Part shown: positions 1-10,150 of the stretch, in pieces
How the letters are laid out: each line of letters starts with the position of its first letter
Numbering within the stretch: the stretch's first letter is position 1
Assembly: GCA_001798185.1 (NCBI GenBank)
Contig: MGRM01000012.1
Location: 88,120 to 152,119 of the forward strand
Direction of reading: 5' to 3'
From: Deltaproteobacteria bacterium RIFCSPHIGHO2_02_FULL_44_16
GTDB lineage: Bacteria; UBA10199; 2-02-FULL-44-16
Length of the DNA: 64,000 nucleotides
Position numbers and translations under genes: made by a program
The notes under the pieces: generated by a model
What the model was told of the DNA's origin: nothing
The model's database searches: none
What the model saw: the letters and a program-made list of their open reading frames with translations, nothing else

Positions 1-60
1 CCAAGCATGAAACAGGTTGAAGTCATGCTTCAAGAAGGAAAAAAACATATCGGATTATAA
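1..60 (+). CDS. 3' end of an upstream gene, truncated by the window edge
   Basis: Open frame PSMKQVEVMLQEGKKHIGL ends in TAA at 58-60, two bases before the next ATG. Confidence 0.5.
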   Translation, partial: PSMKQVEVMLQEGKKHIGL

Positions 61-62
61 CG

Positions 63-1190
63 ATGACGATTACTTTTACATCACAACCAAAACCAACGAT
101 CGGCGTTGAACTTGAAATCCAGCTGATCGACCGTGAAACAAAAAATCTTTCGCGCGCTGCAGTGCAAATCCTTCAAAAAGCATCCAAATTGCCACACTTT
201 CATATCAAGGCTGAACTGACAGAAGCGATGATCGAAGTGAATACCGATATTTGTCAGAACATTCGTGAAGTGGAAAAAAGCTTGCGAAAACAATGTGCAA
301 AACTGCGAGAAATTGTCGAACCGTTAGGGGTTGAACTCGCTTCTGCAGGAACACATCCCTTTCAGGATTGGCGTGAACGACGTGTCGTGCCAACGACGCG
401 TCATCTTTCGATTCTTGAAAAATATCAATGGCTCGCGCGGCGCTGGACAACTTTTGGAATGCATGTGCATGTCGGCGTTCGTGATGGTGAACGCGCCATC
501 CACATCCTCAATGTCCTTATCTCCTATCTCCCCCATCTTCTGGCACTTTCTGCAAGCTCTCCCTTTTGGGGAGGCACTGACACGGGACTTGCTTCAAGCA
601 GAATGGCGGTTCTTGAATCATTTCCAACAGGAGGACTTCCCTATTATTTTCCTGACTGGAAAGGTTTTCAAAAATACTATGAAACCCTCATAGCAACAGG
701 AGCTATCGGATCCATCAAGGATCTCTACTGGGACATTCGTCCTCACTTTGATTTCGGCACTCTGGAAATACGTGTATGTGATGGTCTCCCGACATTTCGC
801 GAAACTCTTGCCCTTGTTGCACTCATCCACTGTCTCGTTGTCTGGATTGATGATGGACTCGATCGTCAACTTCGATCTCCTCACATTCATATGCAGCAAT
901 ATTGGCTCGCACCTGAAAACAAGTGGCAAGCGACACGCTATGGTCTCGATGGAATGATTGTCGCCCAAGAGAGCAGCGAACGTATGCAAATACGCGATGC
1001 CGTGAAGCTTCTTTTGCAAGAACTCAATCCCATTGCGCAATCGCTTCATTGTGTAGATGAGCTGGAATCAATTTTTGAAATACTGGAATCAGGTCCAAGC
1101 GCGGTACGTCAACGTCAAATATTTGCAAAAACAGGATCGCATCGAAACATTGTTGAATCTTTGATCAAGGAATTTCAGCAAGAAAGATAA
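63..1190 (+). CDS. ybdK: YbdK-family carboxylate-amine ligase (glutamate-cysteine ligase 2)
   Basis: Motifs TIGVELEIQL, SAGTHPF, FGMHVHVG, LALSASSPF, YWDIRPH, TLEIRVCD and ENKWQATRYG. Confidence 0.9.
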   Translation: MTITFTSQPKPTIGVELEIQLIDRETKNLSRAAVQILQKASKLPHFHIKAELTEAMIEVNTDICQNIREVEKSLRKQCAKLREIVEPLGVELASAGTHPFQDWRERRVVPTTRHLSILEKYQWLARRWTTFGMHVHVGVRDGERAIHILNVLISYLPHLLALSASSPFWGGTDTGLASSRMAVLESFPTGGLPYYFPDWKGFQKYYETLIATGAIGSIKDLYWDIRPHFDFGTLEIRVCDGLPTFRETLALVALIHCLVVWIDDGLDRQLRSPHIHMQQYWLAPENKWQATRYGLDGMIVAQESSERMQIRDAVKLLLQELNPIAQSLHCVDELESIFEILESGPSAVRQRQIFAKTGSHRNIVESLIKEFQQER

Positions 1191-1307
1191 ATTACGGTAG
1201 AGGAGAAGTTCCTCCGGATTCCGTAGCAAGGACACATGGTATGCTGAAGCTCCAACCAAGACGCAAGTAGAGAAGATGCTTCTTTTTAGAAAAGATATCT
1301 TGGGAAT

Positions 1308-2711
1308 TTAATTTTGTGGTGGGATCATAGGGGTACTCTTCAACCGAGTTCGTTCTTCATAAATTGGCTTTATCTGCGGCACAGCGCCTCTGGCGAGCAT
1401 ACTATTCCGCACTGCTTGGAAGACCATTATATGGAGATCTTCTATATTTGCATCTTCTTCACTTGCAAGGCGTTTTGCTTTGACCATCCATACATCCGAA
1501 ACTTGCATCAGAAGCCATCGTGCATTACGGATTTCTTCCGGTTGAAATGGCACTCTGATGGTATCAATAAATGGCCGCATAATTTCTTCAAATTCCATAT
1601 TCGTAAGATTTGCTCCTGATCTTTGATAATACGCATATTGAAGATAGGGAAGATAACCACGTTGCATGACTATTGTTTCTGCATTGCGGATTTCAATATC
1701 CTCCGAAGGATCTATACCAAAAGCTCCAGCAGCAGCGAAGAAGGCAAAATAGGCTTGTTCATAATGTACTAATAAATTTCTGTGTTGATTTAATACCGCT
1801 TGATGACGACTCACTTCCATTTGATACTGCAAGACATTACCTGTGTCAGTGTCCAAAGAAGTAGGAAGACGCTTCAGATCATCTACTCTATTAACCATTC
1901 TTTCGAAACTGAGCATCGCACTTGATGTTTCAATCACTTTCGCAAGAGCAATGACTTTGACCCTCTGATTCCAATACTCTCGAGCCTTGTGAACGGCAGA
2001 AAAAACGAGCTCAGCACTCACTCGAAAATAAGCATCTGATTCATAACCATTACATCTTCTAAAATTATCAAAACCAATGTCTGATGTGCTGGAAAAACCA
2101 TACAATCGACGCATTAATTCGACCAAACAGGCTTTATAAGGATTATGTTGCTCTGGAATTTTCGTTCTCAAAATCCATGTTGTATTTTCATCTTCATCTT
2201 GAAGCGTGCCATATGCTGAGGCACGTACGTTTTCTAGCCGGGTTTCGTCGTTTTCTGAAGGGACCTCGATATGGAATGCATCCATTGCGGATAAAAGTGC
2301 AGCATGGGTTGTATCAATAACAATACCATCTCTTCTTGCATTGAGAGCAAGTGTTGAAAGATCAGCGATAATACTAGCATGTGATTCAGGATGAACCACT
2401 TTCACATACAAAGCTTGATAGCGTTCAATATATTTTCTCAATGCTTCAGGAGTTGTTTCAGGACGCAGATCGCGGATGCCGTGCTGCCATAATAATTTTC
2501 TGGCTTCGTCTATATAATCAATGTTGACGATATCATTGAGATATTGTGGCGCTGTCGATGTGACGATTGGTGACAAAAAATTCCGAATATCTTCAGTCTC
2601 AAAACAGAGGGGGAGATCATCTCTGCATACTTCGCCGTTTCGATTCGCAACAACACGAATAGCTCCCTGAGAAGTGTTGATTGTTGTAAACTCACCACTT
2701 GCGTAGCACAT
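1308..2711 (-). CDS. Orphan hypothetical protein (~467 aa)
   Basis: Long ORF; start moved to the ATG at 2711, which follows an AAGGAG RBS and a promoter-like motif at 2741-2767. Confidence 0.7.
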   Translation of the reverse strand: MCYASGEFTTINTSQGAIRVVANRNGEVCRDDLPLCFETEDIRNFLSPIVTSTAPQYLNDIVNIDYIDEARKLLWQHGIRDLRPETTPEALRKYIERYQALYVKVVHPESHASIIADLSTLALNARRDGIVIDTTHAALLSAMDAFHIEVPSENDETRLENVRASAYGTLQDEDENTTWILRTKIPEQHNPYKACLVELMRRLYGFSSTSDIGFDNFRRCNGYESDAYFRVSAELVFSAVHKAREYWNQRVKVIALAKVIETSSAMLSFERMVNRVDDLKRLPTSLDTDTGNVLQYQMEVSRHQAVLNQHRNLLVHYEQAYFAFFAAAGAFGIDPSEDIEIRNAETIVMQRGYLPYLQYAYYQRSGANLTNMEFEEIMRPFIDTIRVPFQPEEIRNARWLLMQVSDVWMVKAKRLASEEDANIEDLHIMVFQAVRNSMLARGAVPQIKPIYEERTRLKSTPMIPPQN

Positions 2712-2740
2712 AAGAAACTCCTTCTTCACCCAAGTCTGTT

Positions 2741-2767
2741 TGATCGTCTCATCTCTCAAAAGGTTGC
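2741..2767 (-). promoter_or_regulatory. Putative alternative-sigma promoter GCAAC-N16-CGATCA
   Basis: Same bipartite motif and spacing as seven other sites upstream of uncharacterised genes. Confidence 0.55.
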
Positions 2768-2864
2768 TTCCTTATTGATTCCTTGTTGATGAGATGAACA
2801 AGAGCTTGATTGCAATTCATGAGTGATTCTGTTTGGATACTCTGTTTTCGCCAGGGAGAAGGAT

Positions 2865-5744
2865 ATGCGCCAGGAACTGGTCATCCGAGGGGCCCGGATG
2901 CACAATTTAAAAAATATCGATGTGACGATTCCGAAGAATAAACTCGTGGTCATTACAGGGCTTTCCGGGTCAGGGAAGTCGTCACTTGCCTTTGACACCA
3001 TCTATGCCGAAGGCCAGCGGCGCTATGTCGAATCGGTCTCAGCCTATGCTCGCCAATTCTTGGAGCAGATGGAAAAACCCGACGTCGACTCTATCGAAGG
3101 ACTCTCCCCTGCGATTTCGATCGAACAGCGCACAAGTTCCCGAAATCCTCGCTCAACGGTCGGTACCTCTACTGAAATTTATGACTATCTCCGTGTTCTC
3201 TTTGCTCGTGCGGGTCGGCCCCATTGTTACAAATGCGGACGTGCGATTCAGGCACAAACAGTTTCACAAATGATCGATCAGATTTTAAAACTCCCTTCAG
3301 GAACAAAGATCGGAATTTTAGCTCCGATCGTACGCGGCAGAAAGGGCGAATATACGAAGGATCTTGAACGACTGGCCCGACAGGGCTTTGTACGGGCGCG
3401 CGTTGATGGCAATGTGGTGTCACTCGATCAAAAAATCACGATCGATAAAAAGAAAAAACATAACATCGATCTTTATGTCGATCGGCTCGTGATTAAAGAT
3501 GATATCACCACGCGTCTTGCCGATTCTCTTGAAACTGCTCTCGGTCAAGGCGAAGGGCTTGTGAAGATTGAACTGATAAGCAATGCTGTCATTCCCGCGA
3601 AGGCGGGAATCTCAAAAAATTCACTGGATCCCCGCTTACGCGAGGATGACAATCAAGAAATTCTTTTCTCCGCAAAACATGCGTGTGCTTATTGTGGGCT
3701 CAGTTATCCCGAAATTAATCCTCAACTCTTTTCGTTCAACAGTCCTCGTGGAGCTTGCCCAGCTTGCGAAGGTCTTGGGACGCGACTCTATTTCGATCCG
3801 AATCTCGTCATTCCCAACCACAACCTTTCACTTCGCGAAGGAGCGATTGCGCCATGGCGAACAAAAGCTTCAACAGCCTATATTAATCTCTGCGAAGCGC
3901 TCGCAAAGCATTATGGATTCGATATTCGCACGGCATTTGCCAAACTTCCTCCTCACATTCAAAATGCGATTCTTATGGGTTCGGGGGAAGAAGAAATTAC
4001 CTTTGCCTTTGAAGGGACAGAACGAGAAAAAATAAAAACACGTTTTGAAGGAATCATTCCTCAACTCGAACGACGATGGAAAGAGACAAGCTCCATGGAC
4101 ATTCGTGAAGAACTCGAATGTTTTATGAATCGTCGTCCCTGTCCTACGTGCCAAGGAACTCGTCTTCGTCCTGAAGGAAGAAGTATTCTTATTGGTGGAA
4201 AAAACATTTCACACGTCACGGCATTTTCTATTCGCGAATGCATGCGTTTTATTTCGACGCTTGACCTCACCAAAAAAGAGGCAACGATTGCGGAAAAAGT
4301 TTTAAAAGAGATTCGTGAACGTCTCGGTTTTCTGATTGATGTGGGACTTGACTATCTCACACTCGATCGCACAAGTGGAACACTTTCAGGAGGAGAAGAT
4401 CAACGCATTCGACTGGCAACGCAGATTGGATCTGCACTTACGGGTGTTCTCTATGTCCTTGATGAACCTTCGATTGGTCTTCATCAACGCGATAATGATC
4501 GTCTTCTTCAAACCATGAAACGATTACGCGATTTGGGAAATACGCTTATCGTCGTTGAACATGATCGCGACACCATGGAGCACGCTGATCATATTATTGA
4601 TCTCGGGCCTGAAGCGGGTGTGAGGGGGGGCTATGTCGTTGCCACCGGAACTCCGAGTGATATCAAACGAAATTCTAAATCGCTTACCGGACAATATCTC
4701 TCTGGAAAAAAGAAAATCGATGTTCCACGAGATCGTCGCACTTCTTTGCTGGACGAACTTATTATAAAAGGAGCACGCGAGCATAATCTCAAAAACATCG
4801 ATATTTGTATTCCCTTGGGAGTTCTTACCTGCGTCACCGGAGTCTCAGGCTCGGGAAAATCGACGCTTGTGAATGAAACCCTTTTACAAGGTCTGAAGCA
4901 AAGACTCGAACAATCCAAGGAAACCGCAGGAAAGGTAGATGACATCATTGGATGGCAGAAGCTCGATAAAGTCATTGATATCGATCAGTCTCCGATTGGC
5001 CGAACTCCTCGCTCCAATCCCGCAACCTATACGAGTATTTTTACGCATATCCGCGATCTCTTTGCAGAACTCCCTCAATCGAAAGCGCGCGGATATAAAC
5101 CAGGTCGGTTTTCTTTTAACGTCAAAGGGGGCCGATGCGAAGCGTGCGAAGGCGATGGCATCATTCGAATCGAAATGCATTTTCTCCCCGACGTGCATGT
5201 CGAGTGTGAAGTCTGCGCAGGAAAACGCTTTAATCGCGAAACACTCGAGGTTCATTATAAAGGATCTTCTATTGCAGATGTTTTAAGTATGACCGTGAAT
5301 CAAGCTTTTACTTTTTTTGAAAATATTCCGTCGATTCATCATAAACTTCAAACGCTCATCGATGTTGGCATGGGCTACATTGAGCTTGGCCAATCAGCCA
5401 CAACTCTTTCAGGCGGCGAAGCTCAGCGCATTAAGCTTTCGCGCGAACTTGCGCGACGCGCAACCGGGAGAACTCTTTATATCTTAGATGAACCAACAAC
5501 TGGTCTTCACTTTGATGATGTGCGAAAACTCCTCACTGTCCTCAACCGGCTTATCGATCAAGGAAATACTATTGTCGTCATTGAGCATAACCTTGACGTG
5601 ATCATGTCTGCTGATTACTGTATCGACTTGGGACCTGAAGGGGGAGAAAAAGGTGGCTTTCTCATCGCCACAGGAACACCTGAAGAGCTTGCTGCCCACC
5701 CTACTTCATATACCGGATTTTATTTACGAGAACTTCTTTCATGA
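2865..5744 (+). CDS. uvrA: Excinuclease ABC subunit A
   Basis: [23 protein letters not shown], zinc fingers, second Walker [21 protein letters not shown] at 2865 follows a purine-rich RBS. Confidence 0.98.
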   Translation: MRQELVIRGARMHNLKNIDVTIPKNKLVVITGLSGSGKSSLAFDTIYAEGQRRYVESVSAYARQFLEQMEKPDVDSIEGLSPAISIEQRTSSRNPRSTVGTSTEIYDYLRVLFARAGRPHCYKCGRAIQAQTVSQMIDQILKLPSGTKIGILAPIVRGRKGEYTKDLERLARQGFVRARVDGNVVSLDQKITIDKKKKHNIDLYVDRLVIKDDITTRLADSLETALGQGEGLVKIELISNAVIPAKAGISKNSLDPRLREDDNQEILFSAKHACAYCGLSYPEINPQLFSFNSPRGACPACEGLGTRLYFDPNLVIPNHNLSLREGAIAPWRTKASTAYINLCEALAKHYGFDIRTAFAKLPPHIQNAILMGSGEEEITFAFEGTEREKIKTRFEGIIPQLERRWKETSSMDIREELECFMNRRPCPTCQGTRLRPEGRSILIGGKNISHVTAFSIRECMRFISTLDLTKKEATIAEKVLKEIRERLGFLIDVGLDYLTLDRTSGTLSGGEDQRIRLATQIGSALTGVLYVLDEPSIGLHQRDNDRLLQTMKRLRDLGNTLIVVEHDRDTMEHADHIIDLGPEAGVRGGYVVATGTPSDIKRNSKSLTGQYLSGKKKIDVPRDRRTSLLDELIIKGAREHNLKNIDICIPLGVLTCVTGVSGSGKSTLVNETLLQGLKQRLEQSKETAGKVDDIIGWQKLDKVIDIDQSPIGRTPRSNPATYTSIFTHIRDLFAELPQSKARGYKPGRFSFNVKGGRCEACEGDGIIRIEMHFLPDVHVECEVCAGKRFNRETLEVHYKGSSIADVLSMTVNQAFTFFENIPSIHHKLQTLIDVGMGYIELGQSATTLSGGEAQRIKLSRELARRATGRTLYILDEPTTGLHFDDVRKLLTVLNRLIDQGNTIVVIEHNLDVIMSADYCIDLGPEGGEKGGFLIATGTPEELAAHPTSYTGFYLRELLS
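3587..3651. repeat. CGTC/GTCAT-type palindromic element (family A), in frame inside uvrA
   Basis: TGTCATTCCCGCGAAGGCGGGAATC...GGATCCCCGCTTACGCGAGGATGACA; encodes [21 protein letters not shown]. Confidence 0.9.
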
Positions 5745-6697
5745 AACATTTTCTTGCGCTCATGACTTTTCTTTGTCTATGCAACCGACCTCTCATGGCT
5801 TCTACGGAACTTCGACAATTCGTTCAAGAAGCCGCGCTGACAGATGGATCTCTTCTTGAAATCACCATTGTCGATAATGCATCAGAAGAACAACGCGCCA
5901 ACACCACTATTGACCGCGCTCTTGCAGCGATTCGAAAACTCGATCAGGACTTCGGGGCTGCGCCCGCTGCTGCGACGGGAAACTTACATGATCAACTCAA
6001 TCATTTAAAGCCACATACCCCTTTGAAACTCCCCGAAGGTTATTTTCTTCTCTTTGAACAAGCCATTGAACTCGCAAAACTGACCAACGGATGGTTTGAC
6101 ATTACCGCTCCTTCAAAAAAAGGAATTTTTGTTCAGCGCGATTATCGTCGCGTTGAGCTACGTCCCGCTTCATCTGAAATGGTGCTCACCAAAAAACATC
6201 TCAAATTTGATCTTCGTTGGCTTCTCTCTGGAACAGCGTGCGATGCAGCGCTTGCGATCATTCAAGAAGCGGGTTTTCAGCGAGCGGAAGTGAAGGTGGG
6301 ACCTGTCTCCAAACATATCGGCCGAGATATTCACACGCCATGGGGACTTCAGATCGATATCCCAGGAGTTCAAGATGCGTATGCGCATCGAGCTTTTCAG
6401 TATCGCTTGTCGGATATTGCTGTCGCACAACTTATTCCTGAAAAAATAACTCCTCCTCTGATCGATCCAAAAACAAAAAATCCGGTGAAGGGACAAGTCA
6501 AAAGCATTACGGTGATGGCCAAAGATGCGCTCCATGCCATTGCGTTTGCAGTCGCAATAGCGCCCTTCGATGCTCTCACCGGTATTCGCTATCTTGAAAA
6601 ATTTCCAGGGCTCGAAGGAATTATTGTAGATCAAACAGGAGCACTTTTTATTTCTGAAGGATTGAAACAAAATGAGAAAAAGGAGAAACCAAAATGA
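5741..6697 (+). CDS. ApbE-like (FAD:protein FMN transferase fold) exported protein, degenerate
   Basis: Signal peptide; [21 protein letters not shown] and SITVMA match the ApbE scaffold, but the canonical catalytic motifs are altered. Confidence 0.75.
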   Translation: MKHFLALMTFLCLCNRPLMASTELRQFVQEAALTDGSLLEITIVDNASEEQRANTTIDRALAAIRKLDQDFGAAPAAATGNLHDQLNHLKPHTPLKLPEGYFLLFEQAIELAKLTNGWFDITAPSKKGIFVQRDYRRVELRPASSEMVLTKKHLKFDLRWLLSGTACDAALAIIQEAGFQRAEVKVGPVSKHIGRDIHTPWGLQIDIPGVQDAYAHRAFQYRLSDIAVAQLIPEKITPPLIDPKTKNPVKGQVKSITVMAKDALHAIAFAVAIAPFDALTGIRYLEKFPGLEGIIVDQTGALFISEGLKQNEKKEKPK

Positions 6698-7731
6698 AAC
6701 TTCTGAAAAATCACCGAGAAGTCATTGCGAGGAGCGTAAGCTCCGAAGCAATCTCCTGGAGATGCTCTGCTCGGGAGATCGCCACGCCCTTCGGGCTCGC
6801 GATGACACTCACTCGGACTTTTTTCAGAGGTATCTGCGCGTTAATCCTTCCTTTGCTATGGCTCTCTTTCTCATCATCTGCACACGCCCAAACAACAGAA
6901 GACATACGACAAATGAGTCGCCGCTTTGAAATCGGAAACTCTCAAGGGGCCATCATCATTTTAGGCTATGTCAAAGATCAGGCAACGATCGAGAAAATTC
7001 TCGAAATCGCAGCAGGTGAAGCAAAACGCCTTCATGAAATCATCGACTGGAAAAATCCCCAAAGCGAAGTCGCTCGTTTAAATCAAGTCAGTGGTTCCAA
7101 ATTTTATCCGGTGAGCAAAGAAGTGCTGAATATTTTTAAAGCTGCGGCCAGACTTTCCGAATGGACCGAAGGCGCTTTTGATATTGCCGCAGAGTCTCCG
7201 GTAGGCACGTATGAAAATATTAAACTCGATGAAAAAGGTTCGCGCGTACGTCTTCAAAAGAAAAAAATGACGGTTCGTTTCGACGCTATTTTTGATGGCT
7301 ATCTTGCCGATTACCTTATTCGCTATCTTTATGGAGCTGGCATCCATCATGCGATGGTCAAGGTAGGAAATACATTTCGTGGAGTAGGACGTTCGCTCAA
7401 CGGTCCCTGGCGCATTCAAGTTCAGGATGATGAAGGAACCTATGCGCATCGCGCCATGAAACTCACCGTTGGCAACGCAGGTGTTGCTACCGTCAGCGCA
7501 GCTCAGTTTCGCCAAACTCCTCCGATCGATCCCAGAACAAAGCAATCTCTTCCTGTCTGTTGCAAAGGGGCCACGGTTGCAATGAAGGAAGCCGCTCTCG
7601 CGCAAGGCATGGCATACACCATGTTTATCTTAGGTCCTCAAGGCGGTGTTGTTCTCATGGAGCAACTCGGTAATGCCAAAGGCATGGTCGCCGATAATGA
7701 AGGAAAATTTGTGAAAACGAGCGGGTTTTAA
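6694..7731 (+). CDS. Second ApbE-like protein, degenerate
   Basis: SEVARLN, TEGAFDIA, PWRIQV, IDPRT; ATGA overlap with the upstream gene; start uncertain because a palindromic element lies in the 5' end. Confidence 0.75.
   Translation: MKLLKNHREVIARSVSSEAISWRCSAREIATPFGLAMTLTRTFFRGICALILPLLWLSFSSSAHAQTTEDIRQMSRRFEIGNSQGAIIILGYVKDQATIEKILEIAAGEAKRLHEIIDWKNPQSEVARLNQVSGSKFYPVSKEVLNIFKAAARLSEWTEGAFDIAAESPVGTYENIKLDEKGSRVRLQKKKMTVRFDAIFDGYLADYLIRYLYGAGIHHAMVKVGNTFRGVGRSLNGPWRIQVQDDEGTYAHRAMKLTVGNAGVATVSAAQFRQTPPIDPRTKQSLPVCCKGATVAMKEAALAQGMAYTMFILGPQGGVVLMEQLGNAKGMVADNEGKFVKTSGF
6721..6806. repeat. Palindromic element (family B)
   Basis: GTCATTGCGAGGAGCG...GAAGCAATCT...GAGATCGCCACGCCCTTCGGGCTCGCGATGAC. 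Confidence 0.9.
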
Positions 7732-7795
7732 ACCTCTCTCCTCTTGACGTAGTGTACACTTTTCTGTATACTCTCAGACGACGCCAGGAGGAACC

Positions 7796-8068
7796 ATGTA
7801 TCACTATATTACGCTTAAAGAGTTGCGACCAAAGCTTCCCAAAGTGATTGAAAAGATTGACACAGCCCTTGAACGCTACATTATTTCCAAGCATGGAGAG
7901 CCTATTGCGATTCTTCTCGCACTCGACGATTTCGAAAGTCTTCTTGAGACTCTCAATGAACAAGAAGATAAAGAAAATTTAAAACGCATTCGAAAAGGGA
8001 TTCAAGAAGCTAAAAAAGGTAAAACCGTTGATTGGAAAAGCGTGAAGAAAAAATATCATCTTTCTTAA
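7796..8068 (+). CDS. Phd/YefM-family antitoxin
   Basis: ITLKELRPKLPKVI, YIISKHGEPIAILL, FESLLETL; AGGAGG RBS; upstream of a RelE-type toxin. Confidence 0.85.
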   Translation: MYHYITLKELRPKLPKVIEKIDTALERYIISKHGEPIAILLALDDFESLLETLNEQEDKENLKRIRKGIQEAKKGKTVDWKSVKKKYHLS

Positions 8069-8083
8069 AGCATGTTTAAAGAG

Positions 8084-8171
8084 TGTCATCGCGAGCCCGG
8101 AGGGCGTGGCGATCTCTAGCAATCACTGTCTGCAGGAGATTGCTTCGTCGCTAACGCTCCTCGCAATGACA
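8084..8171. repeat. Palindromic element (family B) between antitoxin and toxin
   Basis: TGTCATCGCGAGCCCGGAGGGCGTGGCGATCT...GAGATTGCTTCGTCGCTAACGCTCCTCGCAATGACA. Confidence 0.9.
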
Positions 8172-8206
8172 TACTAGGATTTGCAAACCAACTCTAAGGA
8201 CAGCGT

Positions 8207-8467
8207 GTGTATATCCTCGAACTCACCCGACAAGCAGAGAAAGCATTCGATGTCCTCATGCATGCGCAACCCCACATGGGAAAACGGGTCGCGATTGCCC
8301 TTGATCATCTCGCCAAAGACCCAGAAATAGGTATTCCTCTTCGAGGAGTATTGAAAGGATATTACAAATATCGCGTTGGCACGTATCGGATTATTTACGA
8401 GATTCAAAAGTCAAAACTGCTTGTCATTGTCATCGACATCGGCCATCGAAAAGAGGTGTACCGTTAA
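8207..8467 (+). CDS. RelE/ParE-family toxin
   Basis: LRGVLKGYYKYRVGTYRIIYEI...IGHRKEVYR. Confidence 0.9.
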   Translation: MYILELTRQAEKAFDVLMHAQPHMGKRVAIALDHLAKDPEIGIPLRGVLKGYYKYRVGTYRIIYEIQKSKLLVIVIDIGHRKEVYR

Positions 8468-8497
8468 AAATCTCAACAAGTGGATTTTAAGAAAATA

Positions 8498-8730
8498 GTT
8501 CGAAAAGCCATAATAATAACCGGTTTCCTCTTCTTTCGATAACCACACGCGGCGGAGTGTATACTGCGGAGAAGCAGGTGGGACCTTGATGTGGTCGAGT
8601 GCATCGACCACATCGCGATCAGCGCTTCCACTTCCATGCGCAATCCAGACTCCACCTGTTGCCTTGAGCATAGGATCCAGGGCCGTGACGACGCCAGACG
8701 TTGGCGTGGTTACCGTAATTATTTTTTCAG
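8498..8730 (-). pseudogene. otsA: Internal fragment of trehalose-6-phosphate synthase (GT20)
   Basis: PTSGVVTALDPMLKATGGVWIAHGSGSADRDVVD...YTLRRVWLSKEEETGYYYGFSN; the rest of the gene is absent. Confidence 0.8.
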
Positions 8731-8756
8731 GAGATCCCCGTTTTCACGGGGATGAC
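8731..8756. repeat. Half palindromic element (family A) supplying the hpt stop codon
   Basis: GAGATCCCCGTTTTCACGGGGATGAC hairpin. Confidence 0.75.
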
Positions 8757-9271
8757 GAAGAAGTAAAAGCGCCGATAAAAGGAAGCGACCGAAAAAGTCC
8801 CTCCGAGTCAAGTCCATATCCGATCACATAACGATCTGGAACTTCAAAGCCGATATAATCCACAAGCGTTCGACCTCCATTTCCGGTCTCTTTATACAGC
8901 AACGTTGCGACTTTGAGGGATTTTGGTTCTTTGTCTTTGAGATGCTTGATGAGATGACGAAGTGTGGAACCGGTATCGACAATATCTTCAATGAGAAGAA
9001 CATCTTTCCCCTGAATCGGTTGAGTGGTGTCAAATTCGAAGCGAATAATACCGGTGCTTCGATCATTTTTATAACTGGAGACGCGTAAAAAATCGCATGC
9101 AATCGGAAAAGAAAGAGCGCGAACAAGATCCGCCATAAAAATAAAAGCCCCCTTCAAGACTCCAATCACTACCAACTCTTTCCCTCGATATTCCTCTTCA
9201 ATTGCGCGAGAGAGTTCTTGAATGCGATGCGCAATTTCTTTTTCTGAAATGAGTATTTCAATTTCTTTCAT
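8744..9271 (-). CDS. hpt: Hypoxanthine phosphoribosyltransferase
   Basis: VLKGAFIFMADL, VLLIEDIVDTGSTL, YVIGYGLD. Confidence 0.97.
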   Translation of the reverse strand: MKEIEILISEKEIAHRIQELSRAIEEEYRGKELVVIGVLKGAFIFMADLVRALSFPIACDFLRVSSYKNDRSTGIIRFEFDTTQPIQGKDVLLIEDIVDTGSTLRHLIKHLKDKEPKSLKVATLLYKETGNGGRTLVDYIGFEVPDRYVIGYGLDSEGLFRSLPFIGAFTSSSSP

Positions 9272-9978
9272 AAGGCATTCTCAGCAATCAACTTACAAAA
9301 AGTTTCAGCTGCAACTCTCATATTTTTTGCTCCGTACAACGCCCGACCGATAATGGCATGGAATTTCGAGCCTGCGGTTTCTGCTATCTGAACATAATCT
9401 CCTCCCTGAGCACCGATACCAGGAGCATAAAAAGAGGCATCAACACCTTCATCAGTGATGATTCGTCGGATATGACGAACGATCTCAAGTTTTGTTGCTG
9501 GAACGACAAAATCGGTAACACCGCAGCGAGCCGCAGTAAGATAGATTTTGTCGATCGCTTTATCATCGATCCAACCACCATCAGAAAGCGTATAAGCTTT
9601 GTGTGTCATCACCCCACCAACGATAACACCGAGTTCTTGTTCTCTCGCTGCTTCAATCCATGCTTTCTCGGTTTCAGGCCCTGCTTGAGGAAAAAAAATG
9701 ACCGCATCAATTCCCGCATCCTTGCACGTTTTCGCAAATGAAATACCGGTATCAGGAATATCAGTTCCAGCTTTTTGATGATCATAGATAAGGGGTTTGT
9801 CCGTATAACGGCGAGCGATCTCTACTGCCTTCGGAAGTCCAATCGAAAGTCCGAGCATGAATCCAATTTTATAAGCGCCGATTCCTGGAAGATCATGCGT
9901 TGCCTTGATCAGCGCCTCATATTGTATTACTGAAACATCACACGCTGGAATGATACTTCGATTTTGTTCGAGGATCAT
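9268..9978 (-). CDS. pyrF: Orotidine-5'-phosphate decarboxylase (divergent type)
   Basis: IIPACD, YKIG, YDHQKAGTDIPDT, VVPAT, APGIGAQGG, IIGRALY; adjacent to pyrE. Confidence 0.85.
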   Translation of the reverse strand: MILEQNRSIIPACDVSVIQYEALIKATHDLPGIGAYKIGFMLGLSIGLPKAVEIARRYTDKPLIYDHQKAGTDIPDTGISFAKTCKDAGIDAVIFFPQAGPETEKAWIEAAREQELGVIVGGVMTHKAYTLSDGGWIDDKAIDKIYLTAARCGVTDFVVPATKLEIVRHIRRIITDEGVDASFYAPGIGAQGGDYVQIAETAGSKFHAIIGRALYGAKNMRVAAETFCKLIAENAL

Positions 9979-9994
9979 AATGTTTCCTTAACAG

Positions 9995-10150
9995 AATATC
10001 GAAATGTCTCTCGGAGGCGTTGTCTCGCTACGGCAAAAATCCTCAGACGCCAGATTTTTGCCTGCGCTTCAGCCTGCCGGGTATTGAGGCTTCGTTTCCG
10101 GCGTCTGAAGACGCCGCTCGACAAACGCTTCCTGCGGCCATTTCGATATT
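9995..10150. repeat. ~155-bp structured repeat, copy 1
   Basis: Closed by AATATCGAAATG/CATTTCGATATT; core nearly identical to 55405-55559. Confidence 0.85.
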
